Shown here: positions 1-9,100 of the stretch, piece after piece
How the letters are laid out: every line of letters begins with the position of its first letter
Numbering within the stretch: position 1 is the first letter of the stretch
Assembly (NCBI GenBank): GCA_963674755.2
Contig: CAXXVS010000002.1
Span: 480,001-544,000 of the forward strand
Source: Desulfobacterales bacterium
GTDB taxonomy: Bacteria > Desulfobacterota > Desulfobacteria > Desulfobacterales > UBA5852
DNA: 64,000 nt
Reading direction: 5' to 3'
Notes under the pieces: model-generated
Databases searched by the model: none
Seen by the model: only the letters and a program-made list of their open reading frames with translations
What the model was told of the DNA's origin: nothing
Translations under genes and position numbers: made by a program

Positions 1-9
1 AGGTTCGGA

Positions 10-96
10 TTATCCGAAAACCCCCATGCCAAACAATGAGACCCATATGATGGAAAACCCTACCAGAACGATCATCCATACGTCTTCTTTTTTCAT
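10..96 (-). CDS. 28-aa small membrane protein (MKKEDVWMIVLVGFSIIWVSLFGMGVFG), possible symporter accessory subunit
   Basis: Manual translation; GGAGAA RBS upstream of ATG at 96; one hydrophobic helix; directly downstream of the SSS symporter. Below the ORF-track cutoff. Confidence 0.65.
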   Translation of the reverse strand: MKKEDVWMIVLVGFSIIWVSLFGMGVFG

Positions 97-157
97 GGTA
101 CATTCTCCTTCAAAAAAGCTTGGCTTCATGAGTGGAATAAGTCCGCGGATCCCAATA

Positions 158-1939
158 TCAGGCTTCCTTGACCACCGTCATGGTTTCAACTTCGGCGCGC
201 TGGATCTGGGTCTCGTTGGTGGTGGACATTTCAGCCTTGAAGCACAAGGCCCACATCATGATGATGCCCAGAATCCACCAGGCGATCTGCCAGGACCACA
301 GGCTCGGGAAACCGCTGAAGGAAAAGGCCGTGTTGCCCCAGATACAGGCCGGGCCGATGGCAAAGAAATACCACACCGGGACGGCGACCTTCATGACCTT
401 GCGCCAGGCCGCGCCGGATTCGCTGGGGGCATCGATGTCGCTCAGGAAGGTACGCACTTCCTGCTGCCGTTGAACCGTTTCCTCGTTATCCTTGATGCCG
501 ATGCCGCGGCAGATGTAGGCGAAGACCGCTGCCGTGAACAGACCCCAGAAGGCGCAGTGCATGGACAGGGGATTGGGCCACACCCTGTAGGTCAGGGCCA
601 CGGCGATCATGCCGGCAAAGATGCCGATCACGGCCCCCACTGCGGGGAAGCGGAAGCCCCACAGGACGCCGGCCAGCAGCAGGTACATCAGGAAGCCGAA
701 GGCGGTGGCCAGGGCGCCCAGAATAACGAGGGCCGCCGTGGATGTCAGACCCACGGCGAGCGCCGCAACGGTCAGAATGGTGGCCATTAGACGATTGACC
801 CAGATCTGTTCCGCGTGGGTGGCTTCCTGTTTTTTGATGTAGCGCCAGTAAACGTCGCGCAGCAGGATGGACCCGCCGGTGCCGATGTACGGCGCAGCCG
901 TGGAGTGAATGGCCGCGATGGCACCCATGAAGACGACCCCCAGCATGACCGGTGGCAGGAAGCTCTTCATCAGGGTCGGTACGACGGTCGCTTGGTTGAT
1001 GTCCAGGAAGGCCGGGTTGCCGGCTACCTGGAGAACCTTGGCGCCCATTCCCTGGAAGGCGGTGAAGAAGAACAGGGCGAAGCCCACCACGAAGGTGGAC
1101 ATGAAGGCCTGCTGCCAGGCCAGGGGTTTCGGGGATTTGATCCCGAAGGTCCACATGGTGAAGGCCGGAGAAGACTGGATGCCCATGAGGGCGAACATGT
1201 AGGTCAGGATCATGACCGAGGTCCAGCCGCCGCCCAAACCGAAGTTGATGACTTTGGGCACGGTCAGGAATTTCGGATCAAGAGCCTTGATGGAAGTGGA
1301 AAAAGCTGTCCAACCGCCGAATTCTGGCGCTTTCATGACGTAGAAGCCCAGGATGATGATACCACCCACCAGGAGGACGAACTGGATGACCCCGACCCAG
1401 GTGGAGGCCTTAAGGCCACCGGTGCAGACATAAAACCATACGATGAAGGCCAGGAAGATGGCCCCGTAGGCCGTGGGCACACCGGCGATGACGTTGAACA
1501 GGGCGCCGGCCGCCATCAGCTGGACCGCCGAATAGAAGATCGAATAGAGGACTGCGGTGGCGACAACCAGCCAGCGCAGGGTTTCATTGTTGTAGTAGTA
1601 GGCATACATGTCGCCGGGGGTGATGAACCCGTAACGTTTGCCCATGAGCCAGGTGCGTTTGGAGAAAAACGTACCGGTGATGGGAATCGTCAGTACGTAA
1701 AACGATGCAAACGCATAGGCCAGGCCGTCACGCCAGATCAGACCGGGGTGACCGATAAAGGTCCACCCGCTGAAGGACGCGGCCGTGGCGGCGAGTAGAA
1801 ATGCGAAGAAGGGGATGGACCGGCCTGCAATTGCGTAACCGGAGGATGTCTTCTCGGTAAAATACCCCTTGAGCCCCCAGTAGAAGCAATAGACGATATA
1901 CAGGCCAAGCATGATATAGACCCAGGTTGTTCCGCTCAT
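158..1939 (-). CDS. Sodium:solute symporter family protein (probable acetate/monocarboxylate permease)
   Basis: 593 aa, about 14 TM helices, SSS motifs (AGRS, SFSGWTFIGHPG, GGLKAS); downstream of acs; GGAGG RBS. Confidence 0.9.
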   Translation of the reverse strand: MSGTTWVYIMLGLYIVYCFYWGLKGYFTEKTSSGYAIAGRSIPFFAFLLAATAASFSGWTFIGHPGLIWRDGLAYAFASFYVLTIPITGTFFSKRTWLMGKRYGFITPGDMYAYYYNNETLRWLVVATAVLYSIFYSAVQLMAAGALFNVIAGVPTAYGAIFLAFIVWFYVCTGGLKASTWVGVIQFVLLVGGIIILGFYVMKAPEFGGWTAFSTSIKALDPKFLTVPKVINFGLGGGWTSVMILTYMFALMGIQSSPAFTMWTFGIKSPKPLAWQQAFMSTFVVGFALFFFTAFQGMGAKVLQVAGNPAFLDINQATVVPTLMKSFLPPVMLGVVFMGAIAAIHSTAAPYIGTGGSILLRDVYWRYIKKQEATHAEQIWVNRLMATILTVAALAVGLTSTAALVILGALATAFGFLMYLLLAGVLWGFRFPAVGAVIGIFAGMIAVALTYRVWPNPLSMHCAFWGLFTAAVFAYICRGIGIKDNEETVQRQQEVRTFLSDIDAPSESGAAWRKVMKVAVPVWYFFAIGPACIWGNTAFSFSGFPSLWSWQIAWWILGIIMMWALCFKAEMSTTNETQIQRAEVETMTVVKEA

Positions 1940-1987
1940 ACCGTACCTCCAATGGTTTCCTCATATGCCACTTCCGGTAGACATGTG

Positions 1988-2041
1988 TCACCAGGCAATC
2001 GGCATAATGGTTTGTAGCCATTTATAAGACTCGGGAAGAAT
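1988..2041 (-). CDS. Putative 17-aa peptide with ATT start (M/I-LPESYKWLQTIMPIAW)
   Basis: Near-perfect SD AAAGGAGGTGAT with 6 nt from GGAGG to ATT; in-frame TGA at 1988-1990; no ATG at proper spacing. Confidence 0.4.
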   Translation of the reverse strand: MLPESYKWLQTIMPIAW

Positions 2042-2307
2042 GTATCACCTCCTTTCAGATGCGGTTAGCCACCCTGGAGCGGCGCTGCCCGGCCATAGGC
2101 TGTGCCGCCGGGGCTGCATCGGGTGGACGCGTCGCCGCGCGCGGCAGGTGCGGGCGGCGACCCGTGGGCCTGTGGTTCACCTTCCCGGGCGGCCGGGCGG
2201 CCGCCTGGAAGTTCGCCATCCGGAAGGGCGGGCCGGGAGGTGCGCGGAGGTCCGGGCGACGGATAGCGCCAGCGGCCGTGGGACGGCTGCCGGCGTGTGG
2301 AACTTGG

Positions 2308-4341
2308 CTATTTCTGGACCTGGTTCCGGATCGTTTCGACAACGTCCGGGTTGGCCAGGGTCATGACATCCCCCACATCGGTATTGTTGGAGATGGACGC
2401 CAGCACGCGGCGCATGATTTTGCCCGAACGCGTCTTGGGCATGTCGGGCACGATCCAGACCTTACGCGGTTTGGCAATCGGGCCGATTTCGGAAATCAGG
2501 GCATCCATCACTTTCTTGGCAATGGCATCGCTGGCCTCGAACCCCGGTTTGAGGGAGATGTACATATCCGGCGTCACCCCCTTGATGTCGTCCTTGACCG
2601 GGACAACGGCGGATTCGGCCACTTCCTCCACCACTAGGGCGGCGGATTCCAGTTCCTTGGTGCCCAGTCGATGACCGGAAACGTTGATGACGTCGTCGAT
2701 GCGGCCCAGAATCCGATAGTAGCCGTCCGGGGCCTCTACGGCGGCGTCCCCGGTCATGTAAGGCCAGTCGCGCCAATCTTTGCTGTCGGGGTTTTTGCAG
2801 TAGCGTTCGAAATAATTGGTCACAAAACGGGCACGGTCGCCCCAGATGGTCTGGAACATGCCCGGCCAGGGATTCTGGATGCAGATGTTGCCGGCCTTGC
2901 CGGCGCCCCGCGGCAGTTCCTTGCCTTCGTCGTCGTAGATGATGGGGTGGATGCCCGGCATGCCTTTGCCGGCGCTGCCCGGTTTCATGGGGGAGATGCC
3001 CGGCAGGGTGCTGCAAAGAAAACCGCCGGTCTCGGTCTGCCACCAGGTGTCCACGATGGCGGCCTGCTTCTTGCCGACCACATTGTAATACCATTTCCAG
3101 ACTTCCGGCTCGATGGGCTCCCCCACAGTGGTCATGTGCTTGAACTTGTAGTTGTACTTGGCGGGTTCGTCCGGGCCGATCTTGCGCAGGGCGCGAATGG
3201 CCGTGGGTGCGGTGTGGAAGATGTTGACATCCAGGTCCTGGGCGATGCGCCAGGGGCGTCCCGGATCCGGGTAGTTGGGAATGCCCTCGTAGATCACCGA
3301 AGAGGCGCACAGGGCGAGAGGGCCGTAGACGATGTAGGAGTGGCCCGTAATCCAGCCGATGTCAGCCATGCACCAGTAGACGTCTTCGGGATGGATGTCC
3401 TGGACATATTTGGAGGTCCCGGTCACGTAGGCCAGATAGCCGCCGGTGCCGTGCTGGCACCCCTTGGGTTTGCCGGTGGTGCCGCTGGTGTACATCAGGA
3501 AGAGCGGATCCTCGGCATTCATTCTCTCCGGTTCAATTCGGGCACCGTAGTAATCCTTCAACTTTTCGTTCACCATGAAATCCCGGCCTTCCACAACCGG
3601 CGTCTGGGCCGAGTACTTGCCGGGGTAGCGCTGCCAGATGAGAACCTTGTCGACCTTCTGGCCTTCATTGGTTGCCTTGGCCACGGCTTCATCAGCCTTC
3701 TTTTTATGATCGAGGAGTTTGCCACCACGATAGTAGGAATCAATGGTGATGAGCACCCGGCTGCCCGAGTCCACGATGCGGTCGGCGGCGGCATTGCCGC
3801 TGAAACCGCCGAAGACCTGGGAGTGGATGACGCCCAGGCGGGCGCAGGCCAGCATGGTAATGGGCAGCTCCGCACTCATGGGGAGGTGCAGGGTGACGCG
3901 GTCGCCGCGCTTGAGGCCCGCAAAATCCCGCAGCAGGGCCGCCATTTCATTTACCCGCACATAAAGCTCCTGGTAGGTGATATGCTCGACCTTCTCTTCT
4001 TCCAGTTCGGGAACGAAATGAATGGCGGTTTTGTTTTTGTTTTTGGCGAGATGGCGGTCGATGCAGTTGTAGCTGGCGTTAATCTTGCCGCCCTTGAACC
4101 ACTTGTAGCAGGGTGCGTCGCTGGTATCGAGAATATCGGTCCAATACTCGTACCAATCCAGCATGTCGGCGTATTCTTTAAAGCAATTGGGGAAATTGTC
4201 CAGACTGAAACGGTCGTAGATCTTCTCATCCGTCATGTTGGCCTGGGCCACGAAATCCCGCGGCGGAGGGAAATAGTCTTCTTCTTGCCAGTGTACCGCG
4301 ATTTGAGCTTCCGAAGTTTCGACGACTTCCTTTTGACTCAT
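2308..4341 (-). CDS. acs: Acetyl-CoA synthetase (acetate--CoA ligase)
   Basis: YTSGTTGKPKG AMP-binding motif, ADIGWITGHSY, DTWWQTETGG, PKTRSGKIMRR (acetylated-lysine motif). Confidence 0.96.
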   Translation of the reverse strand: MSQKEVVETSEAQIAVHWQEEDYFPPPRDFVAQANMTDEKIYDRFSLDNFPNCFKEYADMLDWYEYWTDILDTSDAPCYKWFKGGKINASYNCIDRHLAKNKNKTAIHFVPELEEEKVEHITYQELYVRVNEMAALLRDFAGLKRGDRVTLHLPMSAELPITMLACARLGVIHSQVFGGFSGNAAADRIVDSGSRVLITIDSYYRGGKLLDHKKKADEAVAKATNEGQKVDKVLIWQRYPGKYSAQTPVVEGRDFMVNEKLKDYYGARIEPERMNAEDPLFLMYTSGTTGKPKGCQHGTGGYLAYVTGTSKYVQDIHPEDVYWCMADIGWITGHSYIVYGPLALCASSVIYEGIPNYPDPGRPWRIAQDLDVNIFHTAPTAIRALRKIGPDEPAKYNYKFKHMTTVGEPIEPEVWKWYYNVVGKKQAAIVDTWWQTETGGFLCSTLPGISPMKPGSAGKGMPGIHPIIYDDEGKELPRGAGKAGNICIQNPWPGMFQTIWGDRARFVTNYFERYCKNPDSKDWRDWPYMTGDAAVEAPDGYYRILGRIDDVINVSGHRLGTKELESAALVVEEVAESAVVPVKDDIKGVTPDMYISLKPGFEASDAIAKKVMDALISEIGPIAKPRKVWIVPDMPKTRSGKIMRRVLASISNNTDVGDVMTLANPDVVETIRNQVQK

Positions 4342-4714
4342 ACCTACCCCCATTAAGTTTAGATGTTAGTAAGGAATTGAACACGTACAATCGAAGCGTC
4401 CTGCTTGAATGGCTTATGTCGGTGGCACCGTGCTGGTATTTGCTCAGGTGGCGCGGTGAAATTAAGAATATATATAGATATCAACATGGTATCGATTATA
4501 TGGCTAAAGCGGTTTGTATGAATGGAAGGAATTATGTAAAACTGAATACATTTACTGGACAAAATTTGTCAAGTGAATTTTATTCATTAATAAAACTTTT
4601 TTTGGAAAAGTGCCGGTGCAGGAACCAAAATACAATAAATAAATAATAAAAACAGTTAGATGAAAAATATAGGGTCGAATGTGAAAACGCTGTTAGCGGA
4701 ACGCCAGCCGCTTG

Positions 4715-4732
4715 CGACTGGTTAACCAGTCG
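4715..4732. promoter_or_regulatory. Perfect 18-bp palindrome CGACTGGTTAACCAGTCG, probable transcription-factor operator in the divergent acs/SPFH intergenic region
   Basis: Exact self-complementarity inside an AT-rich intergenic region. Confidence 0.55.
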
Positions 4733-4877
4733 TTACAGCAAAAAAAATAAAATTCAATATTTGATTTTTGTTAAATAGGTGGGTATCGTTCAAACGGCAG
4801 GCGTGATCGTTTTTCCCGCCAATTGACCGATTCATATGAATAGTCGTTGAAGTGCCGCCGTACTTGACCTAATTATA

Positions 4878-5140
4878 TGCAGCGGCACGATTCGCTGAGG
4901 TTCGGAAGCGGACCGCGCCCAAACCGTAATAGCCATCGGGGTGTGCTGCAGGGCGGATCTGCATCGGAGGGGATTCCGGTGCGGCAGACGCTGGGCCTGC
5001 TAGACCTGCCAACGGCCCAAACCTTTCAACAGCAGAGGGCGCCAAGCCGCAGACCGCTGCCGAGGTGTGAGCGCGCGTCTTGTGATCCGCCCTCCGGCCT
5101 GAGAAGGTCTACCGAGGTCGATGGCAATCGGCAACCGATT
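4878..5140 (+). ncRNA. Candidate structured RNA (cis-regulatory leader or ncRNA) of unrecognised family
   Basis: Nested helices: 4878-4888/4941-4950, 4899-4904/4909-4914, 4950-4959/5084-5093 (10 bp), 4961-4969/4974-4982, 4986-4991/5075-5080, 4992-4997/5014-5019, 5022-5026/5034-5038, 5126-5131/5135-5140. G-U wobbles favour the + strand. Confidence 0.55.
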
Positions 5141-5172
5141 CCTATTATCAATCTTTGGCAGTCGAGGAGCTT

Positions 5173-6117
5173 ATGGCCGATCAGTTTTCCAAAAAAATTA
5201 TGCGAAGAGCGTTTGTCAAAACGGTGGTACGAAGAATATTTGCCCTGGTGGCTTTGTGTGGCATGGTCTATGGCCTGGTGGCCCTGGTTTACGCTTCCAA
5301 GACGATCTACAAAGTCAATGAAAACTACGCCGTCGTGCTGGAGCGCTTTGGCGGCCAGCGCCAGGCCATCACGGCCATTGGCTGGCACGTGCGGCTGCCC
5401 TTTTTTACGCGCATCGAACAGGAAGTGTCCCTGATGAACCAGATCCTCAATCTGGGCGGCTCCACGGAACCGATGCGCATCATCACAAAGGAAAACGTGG
5501 CCTTGTGGACGTCGGCCCTGATGACCTATCGGATCCGGAACCTGCATACCTGGGCCATCGAGAATCTTCATCCGCTGCAGCTTTTAAGTGGTGATTATGA
5601 CGGTATTGTCAAAGACATTCTCCAAGCCCAGAAGGTCAATCAGCTGATCAGCGACCGCGAAAGCGTCAAGGAAAAGATATTTAAAGCGCTCAAGTCCCGC
5701 CCCATCAACGAAGGCGGTCCGACCCTGGAACAAAAATACGGCATCGAAGTGGTCAGCTTCGTTTTAAAGGAAACCCGTTTCGGCGATAAGCTGGTCGCGG
5801 CAACCGAAGAAAAAAAGCGCCGCGAGCTGATCGCCGAGGCGGAAAACTATGCCGCCGACCAGGAGGCCAGCCGCATCCGCAAATTGTATGCCGCCTATCT
5901 CGAGGGTATCCAGGCGCTTCAAAAGGGACTGGGGGGCGTCAATCACGCCAATGACACGGCGCTGCTGCAATTCCTGGTGCAGCAGCAGTGGGCCGCCGCC
6001 TACGAGAAAAACCAGACCGGACAGAGTACCATCGTGATCCAGAATACCCAGGATAACGTTCCCCTGGCACTACCCGCTCCGGCACCCAGCCCCACAGGTG
6101 CCAAAAAAGGAGAGTAG
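5173..6117 (+). CDS. SPFH/band-7 (HflK/C, prohibitin-like) membrane protein
   Basis: N-terminal TM helix, VVLERFGG...GWHVRLPF, ITKENV, YGIEVVSFVLKE, coiled coil with AEAE; GAGGAG RBS. Confidence 0.88.
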   Translation: MADQFSKKIMRRAFVKTVVRRIFALVALCGMVYGLVALVYASKTIYKVNENYAVVLERFGGQRQAITAIGWHVRLPFFTRIEQEVSLMNQILNLGGSTEPMRIITKENVALWTSALMTYRIRNLHTWAIENLHPLQLLSGDYDGIVKDILQAQKVNQLISDRESVKEKIFKALKSRPINEGGPTLEQKYGIEVVSFVLKETRFGDKLVAATEEKKRRELIAEAENYAADQEASRIRKLYAAYLEGIQALQKGLGGVNHANDTALLQFLVQQQWAAAYEKNQTGQSTIVIQNTQDNVPLALPAPAPSPTGAKKGE

Positions 6118-9100
6118 TGATGGCGCGTCGGGTCACCAGACAAGTCAAGTATGTTCGCCTGCCGGAAAAGCGTATCCGTGAAATCGATGCCCTGGTTTCC
6201 TCCTGGCCTTACGAGACAAGGGCCTTCATGCGGGCCCGCTTGAACCAGTACAAGCCGCGGACGGGTTTTCTCAATTTTCTGATGGACCGGTTTCTCTTTC
6301 TGGCCGTGGGCGTTCATGACAAAAGCTTTGAAATCATCAACGACCCCGAGGTCATCACGGATTGGCAGATGCGTTTCGAGATCTCCGGGCAGCGCAATCC
6401 CCAGGATGCCTGGAACAAAATTCTCGACAAGGAGATTTCGGCCCGCGATCATCTTTACTTGCTGTCCCTGCTGGACCGGGAACTGCGCGACATCCACGTG
6501 CCCTATGAGCTGCAGTCCCTGTTCGAGAAAATCTACCGCGCCCATCTGCGGAAGGAATACCTTTCCGATCCCGAAGTACCCAAATCCCCGCTGGTTCTGG
6601 TGGTCGGGGTGAGCGGGAGCGGCAAGAGCGCGACCGTGGAAAGGGTCATCGAAGATGTCATTTTCGCCAATGAAATTTTACCGGAAATCGATTTGCAGCA
6701 GAAGAAGGAAGTCATCCTGGCGGATTTGCCCTTCTGGAAAACCATCGAAGAAGTGGATCCGACCCTGGCCTTCGAGATTTCCCGGCGGAACCAAACCCGT
6801 TTTTATCAGGGATTGAGCAAAATTCCGCTCATTCGCTGGCTGTTCAAAAAACGCATTGCCCTCAACCTGACCGAACTGGGTGAGCAGGGTATCCCGGTGG
6901 ATTACGCCATCGTCACCCCCAACGAGTACCAGACGGCCCTGGCCGGCGAACCCGGCAATTACTTTCGCAAGGCCATGGGCGACCCCAAGAAAACGGCCAT
7001 CCGCCATATCGAGGAGGCGCACAGCGCCTTTGGCAAGGCCAGTGAAGAACAGAGCGGACCCCAGCGTCAGCAGCGCACCCTGGTGGATGCGGCCAACATC
7101 ATTTTGGATGAGATTGCCAGCGGCCGGCGCGACTGCGTGCTGGTGGCCACGACTGACCAGCCGGAGCGGATCGATGGCGCGATTTATCGCCGATTCGTGG
7201 AAAAAGGGGCCATCATCGATCTGGGCGACTACTGGCAAAACAAGGCCAATCTGGCGGAAGTCGTCCGCATCGAGCTCCAGCGCAACGATATCCATCTTAT
7301 CGGTCCTGAAAATGCGCTGCCCCGCAGGCAGGTCGACACCCTTCAAGCGGTTGATCTCGATCAGGCGGTCGAGGGCATCTACCGTTTGTTTCGTGAGCGT
7401 AGCCTGACCCTGACACCAGCCTATGTCCGCAAGCTGGTGCATTCCATCATTCAGATTCGCCATACCTTCGATGCGGCCTTTCTGGACGATGCCGATCTCG
7501 TGCGGCAGGCCTTTGAACTGGTGGCCAAGAATACCTATGGCGATCTCTACAAAAGGGTCGTCGATCACATGGATCGTCGGGTGAAGTGGGAGGAGTACAT
7601 CGGCGACATCAAATACGTTTTTTCGGAGATGGCCAACAACTGCCTGCAATATGGTCTCAGCGAGGAAAAGGGCGTTGTGCTCAACGGCCCCCCGGGGGGC
7701 GGAAAGACGTTTCTGGTGCGCACCTGGCTGAGCGAAAACAGCGCCATTCACGACATCGCCACCAGCGCAAGCGCGCTCCAGGATCCGATCAATCCGGTGG
7801 AGGGGGCCGTGGACAATATGGAGAAAGTCTACGACATCGCCAAGATGATCGCCCCCACCGTCATTTTTTTTGACGAAGGTGATGCCCTGGCCCCCAAGCG
7901 CAGCAGCACCGGGGGATCTCCCCAGGACAAGCTGACCAATAAGTTTCTGAGCCTGATCGACGGTGAGATTCCTTTGAACCAGGTGTTTACCGTATTGACC
8001 ACCAACCGGCTCGATATTCTGGACCCGGCCCTGATCCGTTCCAAACGGCTCAAGGTCTTGGAAGTGACCGGCCATCTGCGCAAAAGCGACATCGCGGCTA
8101 TTGTGGCAGCCTCCCTGGGGGATGTGCCGCTCGAAGCGGGGCTTGATCTGTCGGCCGTGGTGGAAGCCGCCCAGAACATCTGTAACACGCCGGCCGATTA
8201 TACGGCCTTTGTGGAAAAGGCGCGCTCGCTGCGCAGCACGGAATATGAAATCATTCTCCGGCTGCGCAAGATTCCCGCCATGTCGGAAAAGGACAACCGC
8301 AACTTTATCAAATTCAATCTCAAGACCCTGCTGGGAATGCTCAACGCCCTGCAGGCGCCGGCCGAGATGATCAACCAGGTTCGCGAACACCCGGGACAAT
8401 TTATTCAACAGCACCGCATGGTGCTGGATCTGATCGCCGGGGTTGAAAACGAGATCCAGTACCCCCTGCGCCGCGCGCATCTGGAATCGGCGCGGAGCGA
8501 GATCTCCCAGAGCCCGGTAAAAAAGGGCAAGGTCCAGCTGGATGAATTCCTGGAGGGCGAACTCAGCGAAGAGCCCCAGGTGGGGTTTATCGTCGGGGTG
8601 GGCGCCAATGACGTCACCGGTGTCCTGCTGCCCATCGCCACCAGCCTCAACTACAAAATGGCCCCAGATAAAGTGTTGGTGACCGGGGCGGTTTCGACAT
8701 CGGCACCTGGAGCGGCCGAGTTGGACATGTCGGTCAAAATGACCCAGCAGTCCGCCCAGGAAGCCCTGACCCTGGTGAAGAACTATCTCCAGCACCTGCA
8801 GCCCAAGATCAGCATCCCCCGGCTGTTCGGGGAGTTTCTCGACCATTACACCATCCACCACCAGCTTTTGACCGCGTCCTACAATGTCGGGGGACCATCG
8901 GCCGGTTATGCGCTGGCCCTCAATACCCTCTCGGCCCTGCTGATGATACCGGTCTTAAACGATTTCGGCGTTACCGGAGCGCCCTGGACACGGGGCGCCA
9001 AAAAAGGCGAAATTGGCGGTTCGGTCATCATCGGCGGTCACAAGAAGAAAACTGAGAAAGTCCTGCTGCACCTCAGACGCATGTACATGCCCCTGCAAAA

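Noticed and set aside
2055..2342. Pro/Arg-rich ORF between acs and the symporter
   Set aside because: Low-complexity GC-driven translation with no convincing RBS
4990..5110. Cobalamin riboswitch (AGACCTGCC) or c-di-GMP-I riboswitch (CCTCCGGCCT) assignment
   Set aside because: Only short fragments match; the other conserved elements (GGGAA/GCCACTG, or GGCAAA..GAAA..GACGCAAAG) are missing
4877..5434. 185-aa ORF covering the structured leader
   Set aside because: No RBS, low-information composition, and it overlaps the SPFH gene out of frame
6678..8861. Long antisense ORFs (also 2671-4356, 39227-41131, 41788-44088, 45363-47195)
   Set aside because: Shadow frames of well-supported GC-rich genes
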